DNA of 64,000 nucleotides from Pyrinomonadaceae bacterium (GCA_046313635.1 JBKBYA010000001.1:192001-256000); one strand, 5' to 3'; shown: positions 1 through 10,715, counted from the first letter of the stretch. Notes: a model not told the origin generated them from the letters alone. A program made the numbers and translations.

Positions 1-386
1 TTGCGGCGGACGGCGACGGCCTTTGACGTTCCGCTGATCAATATACCGAGCGGGATCAGGCTGCTCAGCGACTCGCCGATAATGACGGCCTGCACCGCGT
101 CTCTGAGCGACAGACGGTACGGCTCGTAGACCGAGAGCTTCCACGCGAGTGCCCTCGCCGTCATTCTCAGAAAGTAAAGACCGAGGATCACGCCAAAGCC
201 AAAAAAGCCAAATCGCGAGACGAACGTGAGCAGGTCGTCAAGCCCGACCGAGTGAATAAAATAGCCAAAAAGTACGAGCCCGCCGACCGTCAAGATCGTG
301 GCCAGGACCTTCAGTCTCGTGGTTTGCTTGGCGGTGAGGCGGGGTGTCTCGAGGCCTGGTTTTTCTGCGTCCTGCTCGGTACTCAC
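1..386 (-). CDS. Membrane protein, lysylphosphatidylglycerol synthase TM / flippase-like (UPF0104) family; partial, runs off the window start
   Basis: Manual translation from GTG at 386: ...LKVLATILTVGGLVLFGYFIHSVG...LYFLRMTARALAWKLSV...IIGESLSSLIPLG; hydrophobic with the R..AW and IP.G pattern. Confidence 0.6.
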   Translation of the reverse strand, partial: MSTEQDAEKPGLETPRLTAKQTTRLKVLATILTVGGLVLFGYFIHSVGLDDLLTFVSRFGFFGFGVILGLYFLRMTARALAWKLSVYEPYRLSLRDAVQAVIIGESLSSLIPLGILISGTSKAVAVRR

Positions 387-466
387 TACTTTGCCTTTGC
401 TCTTTCGGCTGAACTAAAATGGTAGTTCATCAAATACCCGTTAACAAAACTCTTTAGGAAAACACT

Positions 467-1645
467 ATGAGCACAGCAGCCGGAATGGCACCATTGACAA
501 GCGGCCTTACCGCTCTCTCCGAAGAAGAGGAATTATTCAGAAGCTCGGTCCGCGAGTTTGCGGAGGGCGAGGTTCGCCCGCGCGTCGAGGCGATGGAGCA
601 CGCCGCAAAGCTCGACCCCGAGATCATCAAACAATGCTTTGAGCTCGGCCTGATGGCGATCGAGTCGCCCGAGGAGTACGGCGGTGCCGGCTCGACCATT
701 TTCAACGCCATTCTCGCGATCGAGGAGCTCGCACGCGTCGACGCGAGCGTCTCGGTCTTTGTCGACGTTCACAACACGCTCGTCACAAACGCGTTTATGC
801 GCTGGGCGAGCGACGAGCAAAAGAAAAAATATCTGCCGCAGATGGCCGAGTCGCGCGTCGGTGCATACGCGCTGAGCGAGGCCGGCTCGGGCTCGGACGC
901 TTTTGCATTGAAAACGCGTGCGATCGACAAGGGCGACCACTACGAGCTCAACGGGCAAAAGCTCTGGATCACCAACGGCAACGAGGCCGAGATCTTTATC
1001 GTCTTTGCGACTGTCGACCCCGAAGCCGGTTACAAGGGCATCACGGCATTTATCGTCGAAAAAGGTTTCGAAGGCTTTTCGGTCGGCAAAAAAGAGGACA
1101 AGCTCGGCATCCGCGCCTCGTCGACGACCGAGCTGATCCTCGACAACTGCAAGGTGCCGAAAGAGAACGTCCTCGGCGAGGTCGGCAAAGGCTACAAGGT
1201 CTCGATCGAGACGCTCAACGAAGGCCGTATCGGCATCGGCGCACAGATGCTCGGCATCGCGCAGGGCGCGTACGAGGCGGCGCTAAACTACACGGCCGAG
1301 CGCGAGCAGTTTGGCAAGCCGATCAATTCGTTCCAGGCGATCCAGTTTCAGCTCGCAGAGATGGCCGTCGAGATCGAGGCGACGCGGTTGCTCGTTTACA
1401 ACGCCGCGCGTCTGAAAGATGCCGGCAAGCCCTTTGTCAAAGAGGCCGCGATCGCCAAGCTCTACTCGTCACGCTGCGCCGAGCGCGTCGCGTCGAAGGC
1501 GATCGAGCTCTACGGCGGCTACGGCTACGTCAAGGATTACCCGGTCGAAAAGTTCTGGCGAGACTCCAAGATCGGCGCGATCTACGAGGGCACATCGAAT
1601 ATGCAGCTCCAGACGATCGCCAAGATCATCACGAGCGGCAAGTAG
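467..1645 (+). CDS. Acyl-CoA dehydrogenase (short/branched-chain)
   Basis: ALSEAGSGSDA, GQKLWITNG, GGYGYVKDYPVE and IYEGTSNMQ motifs. Confidence 0.95.
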   Translation: MSTAAGMAPLTSGLTALSEEEELFRSSVREFAEGEVRPRVEAMEHAAKLDPEIIKQCFELGLMAIESPEEYGGAGSTIFNAILAIEELARVDASVSVFVDVHNTLVTNAFMRWASDEQKKKYLPQMAESRVGAYALSEAGSGSDAFALKTRAIDKGDHYELNGQKLWITNGNEAEIFIVFATVDPEAGYKGITAFIVEKGFEGFSVGKKEDKLGIRASSTTELILDNCKVPKENVLGEVGKGYKVSIETLNEGRIGIGAQMLGIAQGAYEAALNYTAEREQFGKPINSFQAIQFQLAEMAVEIEATRLLVYNAARLKDAGKPFVKEAAIAKLYSSRCAERVASKAIELYGGYGYVKDYPVEKFWRDSKIGAIYEGTSNMQLQTIAKIITSGK

Positions 1646-1661
1646 CTCGGCCATGAGATCC

Positions 1662-1721
1662 AAACAAGATGGACAGGATAAACAGGATGCAAGTATTCTC
1701 CTGATCCTGTCTATCCTGTTT
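1662..1721. repeat. Intergenic inverted repeat built from 9-mers (AAACAGGAT type)
   Basis: aaacaagat-ggacaggat-aaacaggat ... atcctgtct-atcctgttt; a solo right arm also at 3672-3690. Confidence 0.8.
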
Positions 1722-1822
1722 TGTAGTTTGGGCTGTATTTGCGACGTCGCATCCGGGCACGGGCCGCGGAGGCAGCGCCGCCGCAGCCCAACATTTCGGC
1801 GGTTATTGAACAGATTCTGCAG

Positions 1823-2347
1823 ATGACTTCCATCACCATCCGCCAGGCCGTGATCGGCGACGCAAAGGTCCTTACCGATCTCGCGTACAAGACATTCTGG
1901 GACGCCTTTGCGCATCATCCAAAAAACGCTCCCGACGACCTCGCTCACTATATGCGGCAGGCCTTTAACGTCGAGCAGACGACGGCCGAGCTTGCCGAAG
2001 CGAACAACGTCTTTCTCATCGCGGAGATCGACGGCTCGCCGGCCGGTTACGCAAAGCTGACCTTTGATCACATCGAGCCCGGCATCACGGCCGAGCGGCC
2101 GGTCGAGCTCGCCCGCCTCTATTCGCACCAGGAATATCTCGGCCACGGCGTCGGCCAGACGCTGATGGACGAGTGCTTCGCGCGTGCACGCGCGGCGGGC
2201 TGCGACGTGATGTGGTTAGGCGTCTGGGAGTACAACCCGCGAGCTCAGCGGTTCTACGAAAAGAACGGATTCCGCGTCGTCGGCAGCCACGTCTTTCAAC
2301 TCGGCTCCGACGCGCAGACAGATCTGCTGATGCAGACGGAGCTTTAG
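1823..2347 (+). CDS. GNAT N-acetyltransferase (PaiA/spermidine acetyltransferase-like)
   Basis: ELARLY...GHGVGQTLM and WLGVWEYNPRAQRFYEKNGF; ATG 1823 preferred over the longer ORF. Confidence 0.85.
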   Translation: MTSITIRQAVIGDAKVLTDLAYKTFWDAFAHHPKNAPDDLAHYMRQAFNVEQTTAELAEANNVFLIAEIDGSPAGYAKLTFDHIEPGITAERPVELARLYSHQEYLGHGVGQTLMDECFARARAAGCDVMWLGVWEYNPRAQRFYEKNGFRVVGSHVFQLGSDAQTDLLMQTEL

Positions 2348-2350
2348 CCC

Positions 2351-2484
2351 GACAACGGAACGCGGATGCCCCGTCCGCAATGAGCGTCGCCTCGACGCGA
2401 AGTGGGGCCGCGGGACGGTCGGGCTTATTTACCCGAGCTTATGTTCGTGCTTCGCACTCAATGCGGACGGGGCGTCCGCGTTCC
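2351..2484. repeat. MITE/REP-like palindromic element, copy 1
   Basis: ggaacgcggatgccccgtccgcaatgag ... ctcaatgcggacggggcgtccgcgttcc terminal inverted repeats; second copy at 27991-28130. Confidence 0.85.
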
Positions 2485-2521
2485 ATTGCCTGCGGCCCGC
2501 GGATAGGCTATTGTTTCATCT

Positions 2522-3553
2522 GTGCGATACGTCAAGAATCCGCCGAATCCGTTCGAGAAGTACTCGGCCGAATTCATCGGCGAGCCGCCGCCGACCAAGC
2601 TCGAGGTCTTTGAGGAGACGGCGACCAAAAAGGTCATCACCAAGGCCTACGCGTCCGACTGGGAGGGCGGCTGGCGCTTCACCGTCAACTGCTATCGCGG
2701 CTGCATCCACGGCTGCACGTATTGCTTTGCTCGGCGGTATCACGAGTTTTTGGGTTACGGTGCGGGGACGGATTTCGAGACCAAGATCGTCGTCAAGCCA
2801 AACGCTCCGCAGATCCTCAGACAAGAACTCAAGAAGACGCGCGACCGGATGCCGCATCTGGATTTTTCGTTCGCGACCGACCCATACCTTCCGCTTGAGG
2901 CGAGCTACGAGCTGACACGCAAGTGTCTCGAGGTCTGCGTCGAGTTTCGCGTTCCGGTCGCCGTGATCACAAAGAGCCCGCTCGTCACGCGCGACATCGA
3001 CGTGCTGCAGCGTCTGCCGAAGGTATCGGTCTTTTTTTCGCTGCCGTTTTTGACCAAAGAGAAGTCGAATCCTTTTGAGCCGTACACGCCGGTGCCCGAG
3101 GCTCGATTCCGCGCGATGCGGACGCTTTCGGACGCCGGCATCGCGACCGGCATCGCCGTCGCGCCGGTGATCCCCGGCTACAACGAATCCGACATTCCCG
3201 GCCTGCTCGAGCGAGCAAAAGAGTGCGGAGCGACGCGCGCCTTTATATCGATGCTGCACATCGACTCGGACTCGATCGAGGCGTTCTTTGTCGAGAAGAT
3301 GCACGAGCGTCTGCCCGCCACGCGCGTCACCAAAATTCTCAACACCATCAAGCGCGAACGCGGCGGCCGTGTCCAGCATGGCTCCTTCAGGGAGCGCGAC
3401 CGCGGCCGCACCGAGCAGTGGGAAGTGACGAAAAAGCTCTTCGAATTTCACGCCCGGCGGCTCGGCTTTAACCGGACCGAAAAGGTCGTGGTCGTCGACG
3501 ATCAGCCGTCCATCACCGCGCCGCCCGAGCCGGTCCAGCCGACATTGTTTTAG
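2522..3553 (+). CDS. Radical SAM protein, Rv2578c/PA0069 (spore photoproduct lyase-like) family
   Basis: NCYRGCIHGCTYCFAR (CxxxCxxC), TDPYLPLE, ITKSPLVTRDID; C-terminal QPTLF. Confidence 0.88.
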   Translation: MRYVKNPPNPFEKYSAEFIGEPPPTKLEVFEETATKKVITKAYASDWEGGWRFTVNCYRGCIHGCTYCFARRYHEFLGYGAGTDFETKIVVKPNAPQILRQELKKTRDRMPHLDFSFATDPYLPLEASYELTRKCLEVCVEFRVPVAVITKSPLVTRDIDVLQRLPKVSVFFSLPFLTKEKSNPFEPYTPVPEARFRAMRTLSDAGIATGIAVAPVIPGYNESDIPGLLERAKECGATRAFISMLHIDSDSIEAFFVEKMHERLPATRVTKILNTIKRERGGRVQHGSFRERDRGRTEQWEVTKKLFEFHARRLGFNRTEKVVVVDDQPSITAPPEPVQPTLF

Positions 3554-3560
3554 CGATTGT

Positions 3561-3644
3561 TTTGCCGCGGATCTCGCGGATGGCGCGGATAGGATCTTTG
3601 ATTTTCTTGATCAGATCCGCGGCATCGGCGCGATCCGCGGCAAA
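3561..3644. repeat. Intergenic inverted repeat built from 9-mers (CGCGGAT type)
   Basis: tttgccgcggatctcgcggatggcgcggat ... atccgcggcatcggcgcgatccgcggcaaa. Confidence 0.8.
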
Positions 3645-3700
3645 GATCTGCTAGCCGGAGAGCGCTTTTCTAATCGTGTCTATCCTGTTTGAATAAACCT

Positions 3701-4024
3701 ATGCAAAATCGCATCGAAGTTTTTGAGCAGATGCTCGCTGCCGATCCCGACAACACGATGGTGATGTTCGGCCTCGCAAAGGAGTACGAGAAGGCGGGCG
3801 AGTACGAAAAGGTCATCTCCATTCTCGAGACATACCTCGCCAAGGCCGACGACGAGGGCAACGCGTACGGAACTCTCGCGCAGGCGTATGCCCGCACCGG
3901 CCGGCGCGAAAAGGCCGTCGAGACATACCGCAAAGGCATCGAGATCTCGATGGCCCACGGCCACCCGTCGATGGCGAACGACTACAAGATGACCCTCGAT
4001 CTCGATTACGGCGAAGGATCTTAA
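3701..4024 (+). CDS. Small tetratricopeptide-repeat protein
   Basis: DPDN...FGLAKEY, AYGTLAQAY...KAVETYRKGI TPR pattern. Confidence 0.8.
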   Translation: MQNRIEVFEQMLAADPDNTMVMFGLAKEYEKAGEYEKVISILETYLAKADDEGNAYGTLAQAYARTGRREKAVETYRKGIEISMAHGHPSMANDYKMTLDLDYGEGS

Positions 4025-4061
4025 AAAAACTCCCGGCCGAGTTCCGAGTCGAGATCAGTTA

Positions 4062-4125
4062 CCGCGAAAGGCGCGAAATACGCTGAAGAGGTCGACTCTT
4101 TTTGCGTATTTCGCGCCTTTCGCGG
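4062..4125. repeat. Perfect 22-bp inverted repeat of 9-mers (CGCGAAA type) between convergent genes
   Basis: ccgcgaaaggcgcgaaatacgc (4062-4083) / gcgtatttcgcgcctttcgcgg (4104-4125). Confidence 0.85.
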
Positions 4126-4153
4126 GCAAGCTTTTCGTTTCAGAAGTTTTTGC

Positions 4154-4810
4154 TCATTTCGCCGCGCACGGCGCAACGGCCGCCTTTTTGATCCTCACCG
4201 GCTTGTCAGGCTTCTCCGCGGTAACGCTCGCTTTGTTGATCGCGTCGACGATCTCCATTCCTTTCGTGACGCGGCCGAAGGCGGCGAATTTGCCGTCGAG
4301 CGACGGCGCGTCCGAGACAAGTATGAAGAAGTGCGTCGTCGCCGTATTCGGCTCGTCCCCGCGTGCCATCGAGATGACGCCGCGCTCGTGAAGGATCTTG
4401 TTCGGCTCGTCGGGCACGGCCTTTCGCGCACGCATCCCGATCTCGGCCGTTACCTTGCCCTCGCGGCTGTAAAGGTCGCCGCCCTGAATGACAAAGCTTG
4501 GCACGACGCGGCTGAAGGTAGTGGTGTCGAGCAGTCCCGTCGCCGCGAGATTGAGAAAATTCCGTACCGACTCGGGCGCCTGTTCGGGGTACATCTCAAG
4601 CACGATCGCGCCGGCCTCGGTCTCGAGCGTGACGCACTGGGCAGCCATCTTTGCGGCGTCGGCGCCGTCAAAGGGCTCCTTCTTTGCCGCCGGTGTTGGC
4701 GTCGGACGAGCGTTGATCTTGGCGGGCTCTTTTGCCGTCTGCTGCGCGGCGGCCGTCAGCGCGGCAAAGCAAGCAACGAGGATCGCGAACGGGGTAACGA
4801 GTCTTCGCAT
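4154..4810 (-). CDS. Secreted cyclophilin-type peptidyl-prolyl isomerase
   Basis: Signal peptide; APESVRNF, FSRVVPSFVIQGGD, HERGVISMAR, LDGKFAAFGRV. Confidence 0.9.
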   Translation of the reverse strand: MRRLVTPFAILVACFAALTAAAQQTAKEPAKINARPTPTPAAKKEPFDGADAAKMAAQCVTLETEAGAIVLEMYPEQAPESVRNFLNLAATGLLDTTTFSRVVPSFVIQGGDLYSREGKVTAEIGMRARKAVPDEPNKILHERGVISMARGDEPNTATTHFFILVSDAPSLDGKFAAFGRVTKGMEIVDAINKASVTAEKPDKPVRIKKAAVAPCAAK

Positions 4811-4892
4811 AGCAGACCAATTTTCAGTTATCGATATTGGCGTGTAAAGTTGTACCGAAAACCTCATCCCTTCAGCAGCCGGAGTGATGCCG

Positions 4893-6554
4893 ATGAAGAT
4901 CTTTAGAGTCGCTTTTGTAGTCCTGCTCTCTTTCTCCGCCGCGCTTGCGCAGCGCGATCTTGGCGTGCGGCCGACCGAGACCGGCGGGCCGCTCAAATTT
5001 GAGCAGGCCGTTTACGACGTGCAGTCGTACGACATCACGCTCGACGTCGATCCAAAGAGCAGATCGATCAGCGGCACTACCGTGATGACCGCAAGGGCGA
5101 CCATTCCGACCGACGTCATTCTGCTCGACCTCGACACGCCTTTCACGGTGAGCGGCGTCACCGACGGCGCTGGCAACAAGCTCAGGTACACGCGCACCGC
5201 GACGCAGATACGCATCTGGTTTCCTTTTTCAAAGCAGGTCGGCGACGAGATCAAGACCGCGATCACATACTCGGGCACGCCGCGCGAGGCTCCGCGTCCG
5301 CCCTGGATCGGCGGTTTTATGTGGAAAAAGACGCCCGGCGGCGCCGACTGGGTCTCGGTCGCACTGCAGAATGACGGCGCGGATCTGATGTTTCCCGTCA
5401 AAGATCATCCGTCCGACAAGCCCGCGATGGCGGCAATGCACATCACGGTTCCCGATCCGCTGATGGCGGTCGGGCCGGGCAGATTCGAAGGCTCGAAAAA
5501 GAACGCCGGCGGTACGACGACCTGGAACTGGCGGATGACCAACCCGATCGCAAACTACTCGATCGTCTTTAACGCCGCGCCGTACAAGCTCGTCGAGGGC
5601 AAGTACAGGTCGACGATCACGCGCGAGATGCTGCCGATCTACTTTTACGTTCTGCCCGAGCACGCCGACAAGGCGCCGCGGCTGATCGAGGAGCAGAAAA
5701 AGTATCTCGCCTTTTTCGAGAAGTATCTCGGCCCGTATCCCTTCCGCTCGCAAAAGGTCGGCATCGTCGAGACGCCGCATCTCGGGATGGAGCACTCAAC
5801 GGCGATCGCCTACGGCAACGAGTTCAAATTCAACGAGGACGGAACGGACTGGCTGCTGCTGCACGAATTCGGTCACGAGTACTGGGCCAATCTCGTCACG
5901 GCCTCTGACTGGAAGGACTTTTGGATCCACGAGGGATTTCAGTCCTACATGGACACGCTCTACACCGAGCACCTCCACGGCCGCGAAGCGTATCTCAAGG
6001 CGATGGCCGCAAGGGCAAAGAACTTCAGAAACAAGCAGCCGGTCGCTCCGCGAGAGGCCAAGATCGCGTATCAGGTCTATATGGCCGAGCCCGACTACGT
6101 CCGCTCGGACGGCGACATCTACGGCAAGGGAGCCTACATCCTGCACACGCTCCGCTACCTGATCGGCGACGACGCCTTCTTCCGCGCGCTGCGGCGAATG
6201 GCGTACCCGACCAAGGCGATGGAACGCCTCACCGACGGCCGCCAGACGCGGCTCGTGACGACCGACGACTTTCTCACCATCGCCGAGCAGGAATCGAAGA
6301 TGGACCTCGACTGGTTCTTTGAGCTTTACCTGCGTCAGCCGAAGCTGCCCAGACTTGTCACCGACATTGAAGCCGGCACAATGAAGCTCCGCTGGGAAAC
6401 GCCGAACGACCTGCCCTTCCCGATGCCCGTCGATGTCGTCATCGGCGGCAAAACTCGGCGCGTCGAGATGAAGGACGGAAAAGCGACGATCAGCTTCACC
6501 GGCGGTTCGACGCCCGCCGTCGATCCAAACGGCTGGGTGCTCAAAGCTCAGTAG
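4893..6554 (+). CDS. M1 family zinc aminopeptidase, secreted
   Basis: GMEH, HEFGH...WIHEGF (HExxH-x18-E), IYGKGA; signal peptide. Confidence 0.92.
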   Translation: MKIFRVAFVVLLSFSAALAQRDLGVRPTETGGPLKFEQAVYDVQSYDITLDVDPKSRSISGTTVMTARATIPTDVILLDLDTPFTVSGVTDGAGNKLRYTRTATQIRIWFPFSKQVGDEIKTAITYSGTPREAPRPPWIGGFMWKKTPGGADWVSVALQNDGADLMFPVKDHPSDKPAMAAMHITVPDPLMAVGPGRFEGSKKNAGGTTTWNWRMTNPIANYSIVFNAAPYKLVEGKYRSTITREMLPIYFYVLPEHADKAPRLIEEQKKYLAFFEKYLGPYPFRSQKVGIVETPHLGMEHSTAIAYGNEFKFNEDGTDWLLLHEFGHEYWANLVTASDWKDFWIHEGFQSYMDTLYTEHLHGREAYLKAMAARAKNFRNKQPVAPREAKIAYQVYMAEPDYVRSDGDIYGKGAYILHTLRYLIGDDAFFRALRRMAYPTKAMERLTDGRQTRLVTTDDFLTIAEQESKMDLDWFFELYLRQPKLPRLVTDIEAGTMKLRWETPNDLPFPMPVDVVIGGKTRRVEMKDGKATISFTGGSTPAVDPNGWVLKAQ

Positions 6555-6575
6555 GCTTTATAAATCGAGAGAGAG

Positions 6576-6612
6576 CGAGGGCCGAGATGACTCACTCGGC
6601 CCTCGTTTCTTT
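6576..6612. terminator. Hairpin between convergent genes, overlapping the ada stop codon
   Basis: cgagggccgag-atgactca-ctcggccctcg followed by tttcttt. Confidence 0.6.
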
Positions 6613-7674
6613 TTCATTCGCGAGGATCTTTGCCTTTCTCTCGACGCCCCAGCGGTAGCCGCTGAGGCGGCCGTCGGAGCCGATGACGCGATGGCAGGGC
6701 GTTACCAACGCGACGGGATTTGTCGCGCAGGCGCGGGCGACGGCGCGGACGGCTTTTGGGTTTCCGATCGCGGCGGCGATCTCGGCGTAAGAGCGCGTTT
6801 CGCCGTACGGGATCTTTCTCAGCTCTGCCCAGACCCGCAGCTGAAAAGCGGTCGCGCGCAGATCGAGCGGCAGCGTGAGAATGGTCTTTTCGCCGCTGAG
6901 GCTGCGGACGATCGCGTCGACGGCGGGCCTGAGCCGCGCGTCGTCGCTATGCAGTTCCGCGGCGAAGAATTCCGTTCGCAATTCGTCGAGCAGCTCTTCC
7001 GCGTCGTCGCCGAAGCTGACCGCGCAGATCCCGCGCTCGGTCGTGGCGATCAAGAGCTGTCCGAGCGGCGCGGGCGCGTCGGCGATGGTGTAAGCGATCT
7101 TCAACCCGAGGCCGCCTTTTTTGTAAACGGCGGGCGTCATTCCGAGACGCTCGGCGGCCTTCTCGTAAAGCGAGCGGCTCGACCCGAACCCGCTCTCGTA
7201 GAGCGCCGCCGTCACGTCGCCGCCGTCACGAACGTTCTCTTTGAATCTGTCGATCCTCATCATGTCCATCACCTCTTTCGGCCCCGCTCCGAGCGCCGTC
7301 TTGAATGTCCGCTGCAGATGCCCCGAACTCACGCCAAGCCGGCCGCAGAGATCGGCGACCGTTTCGACCTCGTCACGCTCGTTCGCAAGCAGCCGCATCG
7401 CGCGTGCGAGAAGCTCCGACCGCGGCGAGACGAATCCCGCCGACTCGGGCCGGCAGCGCAGGCACGCTCTAAAGCCCGCGGCCCGCGCGTCGCCGCTGGT
7501 CAAAAAGAACTCGACATTCTCACGGCGCGGCGTGCGAGACGAGCACGACGGGCGGCAAAAGATACCGGTCGTCCGCACCGCGAAATAGAAGACGCCGTCG
7601 AGTGCCGCGTTCTTTCTCTCGACGGCGCGCCAGCGCCAGTCGATCGTCGCTGCATCTTGTCGCTGTCGTGTCAT
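6592..7674 (-). CDS. ada: Ada bifunctional transcriptional activator / O6-methylguanine-DNA methyltransferase
   Basis: GIFCRPSC...FRACLRC zinc domain, AraC-like HTH, PCHRV active site. Confidence 0.95.
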   Translation of the reverse strand: MTRQRQDAATIDWRWRAVERKNAALDGVFYFAVRTTGIFCRPSCSSRTPRRENVEFFLTSGDARAAGFRACLRCRPESAGFVSPRSELLARAMRLLANERDEVETVADLCGRLGVSSGHLQRTFKTALGAGPKEVMDMMRIDRFKENVRDGGDVTAALYESGFGSSRSLYEKAAERLGMTPAVYKKGGLGLKIAYTIADAPAPLGQLLIATTERGICAVSFGDDAEELLDELRTEFFAAELHSDDARLRPAVDAIVRSLSGEKTILTLPLDLRATAFQLRVWAELRKIPYGETRSYAEIAAAIGNPKAVRAVARACATNPVALVTPCHRVIGSDGRLSGYRWGVERKAKILANEKETRAE

Positions 7675-7864
7675 CACAAATGAGAGTCTACCGGGAATGA
7701 GATCGGCTCCTCTATCCGAAAAGCGATGCGCAATTCTCTGCCTTTGAGCGGCAAAAATGGAGGGCGTCTGTCGAGGCCGCTTCGTTGCCCGTGCGAGTGC
7801 CTTTTGTTATCTTAAAACGTTACTCACGTTATCAAAATTCGTTATAAAAAAGGGTATTTATTCA

Positions 7865-10162
7865 ATGGCAACCGCACAGAAAAAGGTAGATCAACGGTCG
7901 GGTAAAAAGGCAGCGAGGGACGGAGGCAACGGTCGTCCGATCGTGGCCAAAAAAGAGAATGTCGGCGACGGCTATGTCGAAGAGCAGCGCGCGCCCAAGT
8001 CTGCCAAGTCAACGGCTGCCGAAAAGCCTTCAAAGGCGACCAAGGCCGCTGCGGCCGCGATAGACAAGTACGAGGGGCTCGACAAGCAGACCCTCATCGG
8101 CCTCTACCGCACGATGTATCTCTCGCGGCGGGTGGACGACAAGGAGATCCAGCTCAAGGGACAGAACAAGATCTTTTTCCAGATCTCGGGTGCGGGCCAC
8201 GAGGCGCTGACGGCCGCCGCCGCCCTGGCGATGCGGCCGGGCTATGACTGGTTCTTTCCGTACTATCGCGACCGCGCGCTGATGCTCGGTCTGGGAATGA
8301 CCGCGCAGGAGATGCTCTATTCGGCGGTCGGCGCCGAGGTCGACCCAAATTCGCACGGCCGGCAGATGCCTTCGCACTGGGGCAGCGTGAAGCTGAATGT
8401 GCCATCGCAGTCCTCGTGCACCGGCTCGCAGGCGCTGCACTCGGTCGGGGCCGCGGAGGCGAGCTATCGCGCTTCGCTGGTCAAGGAACTTCAGGACAAG
8501 GTCGTCGGGTTCAAGGGCGACGAGGTCGTCTATATGTCGGTCGGTGACGGCACGACAAGCGAGGGCGAATGGTGGGAGGCGCTCAACACGGCCTGCAATC
8601 TCAAGCTGCCGGTGATCTTCGTCGTCGAAGACAACGGCTACGCCATCAGCGTGCCCGTCGAGGTCAACACCGCGGGCGGCGACATCTCAAAACTCGTTGC
8701 CGGATTCCCGAATCTTTTTATCCAGAAGTGCGACGGCACCGACCCGATCGAGTCTTACGCGACCTTCAAACGCGCGGTCGAGTACTGCCGCGAGCGACGA
8801 GGTCCGGCCTTTGTGCACGGCAAGGTCATTCGCCCGTACTCGCACTCGCTCTCTGACGACGAAAAGCTCTATCGCCCCGACGAGGAGCGCGAGGCCGACG
8901 CCGCGATCGACCCGATCAAGACGTTTGCCGAGTTCCTGATGACCGAGGGCATCGCGACGAGCGAGGATCTCGAGGCGCTGCGCAAAGAGGTCGACGCCGA
9001 GGTCAACGAGGCCGCCGATATCGCCGTCGCGACGCCGCAGCCCGAAGGTCCGACCGCGCTTCGCAACGTTTACTCGCCGGATGTCGATCCGACAGATCGG
9101 TCGCTGTTTGATACCGAAGACGGCGCCGAGCTTCACGGCAATCCGGGCACGATGGTCGATCTGATCAACCGCTGCCTGCACGAGGAGATGGAGCGCGACG
9201 AGCGGATCGTCATCTTTGGCGAGGACGTTGCCGACGCTTCGCGCGAGGAATATCTCGAACGCGTCAAGGGCAAGGGCGGCGTGTTTAAGGTGACGGCGAA
9301 TTTGCAGCGCAAATTCGGCGGAGCTCGCGTCTTTAACTCGCCGCTCGCCGAGGCCAACATCGTCGGCCGCGCGGTCGGAATGGCGATCCGCGGGCTCAAA
9401 CCGGTCGTCGAGATACAATTCTTTGACTACATCTTCCCGGCGATGATGCAGATCCGCAACGAGGTCGCCGTGACGCGGTGGCGTTCGGACGGCGACACCA
9501 AATGCCCGATGGTGATCCGCGTGCCGGTCGGCGGTTATCTCAAGGGCGGCGCGGTCTATCACTCGCAGTCGGGCACGACGCTGTTTGCGCACACGCCCGG
9601 ACTTCGCATCGTTTACCCGTCGACGGCGCTCGACGCCAACGGCCTGCTCCGCACGTCGATACGCTGCGACGACCCCGTGCTCTTCCTCGAGCACAAGCAC
9701 CTTTACCGGCAGATCTATAACAAGTCGGCTTATCCGGGCAAAGACTTTTTGATCCCGTTTGGCAAGGCCAAGACCGTGCGCGAAGGTTCTGACGTCACGA
9801 TCGTCACCTTCGGCGCCCTGGTCGAGCGCTCGAATCAGGCCGCAAAGCGTCTCGAGCAGCAGGGCATCTCGGTTGAGATCATCGACCTCCGCACGCTCGT
9901 GCCGTACGACTGGGAAGCCGTCGCCGAATCGGTCAAGAAAACTTCCCGCGTCATCGTCGCTCACGAAGACCCGCTCTCCTACGGCTACGGAGCCGAGATC
10001 GCCGCACGCATTTCGGACGAGCTCTTCGAGTACCTCGACGCCCCGGTCCGCCGCGTCGGCGCCACCGATACATTCGTCGGCTACGCCCCGCAGCTCGAGG
10101 ACTTTATCCTGCCGCAGTCGGAGGACGTCGAGAAAGCGGTGCAGGTGTTGATGAAGTACTAA
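7865..10162 (+). CDS. 2-oxoacid (probably branched-chain) dehydrogenase E1, fused alpha/beta
   Basis: GDGTTSEG...[11 protein letters not shown] motif, [24 protein letters not shown]. Confidence 0.92.
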   Translation: MATAQKKVDQRSGKKAARDGGNGRPIVAKKENVGDGYVEEQRAPKSAKSTAAEKPSKATKAAAAAIDKYEGLDKQTLIGLYRTMYLSRRVDDKEIQLKGQNKIFFQISGAGHEALTAAAALAMRPGYDWFFPYYRDRALMLGLGMTAQEMLYSAVGAEVDPNSHGRQMPSHWGSVKLNVPSQSSCTGSQALHSVGAAEASYRASLVKELQDKVVGFKGDEVVYMSVGDGTTSEGEWWEALNTACNLKLPVIFVVEDNGYAISVPVEVNTAGGDISKLVAGFPNLFIQKCDGTDPIESYATFKRAVEYCRERRGPAFVHGKVIRPYSHSLSDDEKLYRPDEEREADAAIDPIKTFAEFLMTEGIATSEDLEALRKEVDAEVNEAADIAVATPQPEGPTALRNVYSPDVDPTDRSLFDTEDGAELHGNPGTMVDLINRCLHEEMERDERIVIFGEDVADASREEYLERVKGKGGVFKVTANLQRKFGGARVFNSPLAEANIVGRAVGMAIRGLKPVVEIQFFDYIFPAMMQIRNEVAVTRWRSDGDTKCPMVIRVPVGGYLKGGAVYHSQSGTTLFAHTPGLRIVYPSTALDANGLLRTSIRCDDPVLFLEHKHLYRQIYNKSAYPGKDFLIPFGKAKTVREGSDVTIVTFGALVERSNQAAKRLEQQGISVEIIDLRTLVPYDWEAVAESVKKTSRVIVAHEDPLSYGYGAEIAARISDELFEYLDAPVRRVGATDTFVGYAPQLEDFILPQSEDVEKAVQVLMKY
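10077..10162 (+). repeat. Direct repeat copy 1 (3' end of the E1 gene)
   Basis: 78/86 identical to 10716-10801. Confidence 0.9.
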
Positions 10163-10165
10163 GGT

Positions 10166-10426
10166 ATGCCTTATGTCTCGATGTTTTTCGGGATCGTGAT
10201 CCGTATGTTTTACAAGGAACACAATCCTCCGCACTTCCATGCCGAGTACCAAGGTCAGGAAGCTTCGTTTGATTTCGATGGTAATATTGTCGACGGCAAG
10301 ATGAAGTCGCGCACCGCTCAGCGGCTCATCCGGGAGTGGACGATGTTGCACCGTGAAGAGCTGATGCGAAACTGGGAACGCGCCGCCGCGAAAGAGCCGA
10401 TCGAGAAGATCGACCCATTAGAGTAG
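10166..10426 (+). CDS. DUF4160 protein (putative HicA-like toxin)
   Basis: MPYVSMFFGIVIRMFYKEHNPPHFHAEY...EELMRNW. Confidence 0.85.
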   Translation: MPYVSMFFGIVIRMFYKEHNPPHFHAEYQGQEASFDFDGNIVDGKMKSRTAQRLIREWTMLHREELMRNWERAAAKEPIEKIDPLE

Positions 10427-10428
10427 TT

Positions 10429-10692
10429 ATGGAGAAGGGGTATAGGAATGGTTATCTCCCGCGCGTGATCGACGCCGATTACCTCGGCGACTACAAGGTC
10501 AAGGTCACTTTCAGTAACGGCGAAGAGCGGATCGCGGACTTCAAGAACTGGGTCGGCGGAGGAGTTTTTGAGCCGCTGAAGGACGAAACATATTTCAAGA
10601 AATTCTACGTGGACGGCTGGACCATCTCATGGCCGAACGGTGTCGACATCGCTCCCGAAACACTCTATGCCGAAGGCGTGCCGGTCAACTGA
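10429..10692 (+). CDS. DUF2442 protein (putative antitoxin partner)
   Basis: YKVKVTFSNG...GVFEPLKD...WPNGVDIAPETLY. Confidence 0.85.
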   Translation: MEKGYRNGYLPRVIDADYLGDYKVKVTFSNGEERIADFKNWVGGGVFEPLKDETYFKKFYVDGWTISWPNGVDIAPETLYAEGVPVN

Positions 10693-10715
10693 CGCCGCTC
10701 ACCGACCAACCTACA

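Noticed and set aside
7710..7736. Ada box upstream of ada
   Set aside because: Only a loose resemblance (aaaagcgatgcgcaa); spacing and orientation are not convincing
8687..10351. Long antisense ORFs (also 22516-24522, 26461-28107, 6691-7683, 61917-63020)
   Set aside because: They shadow well-supported genes on the opposite strand, have no motifs, and are expected from high-GC codon bias
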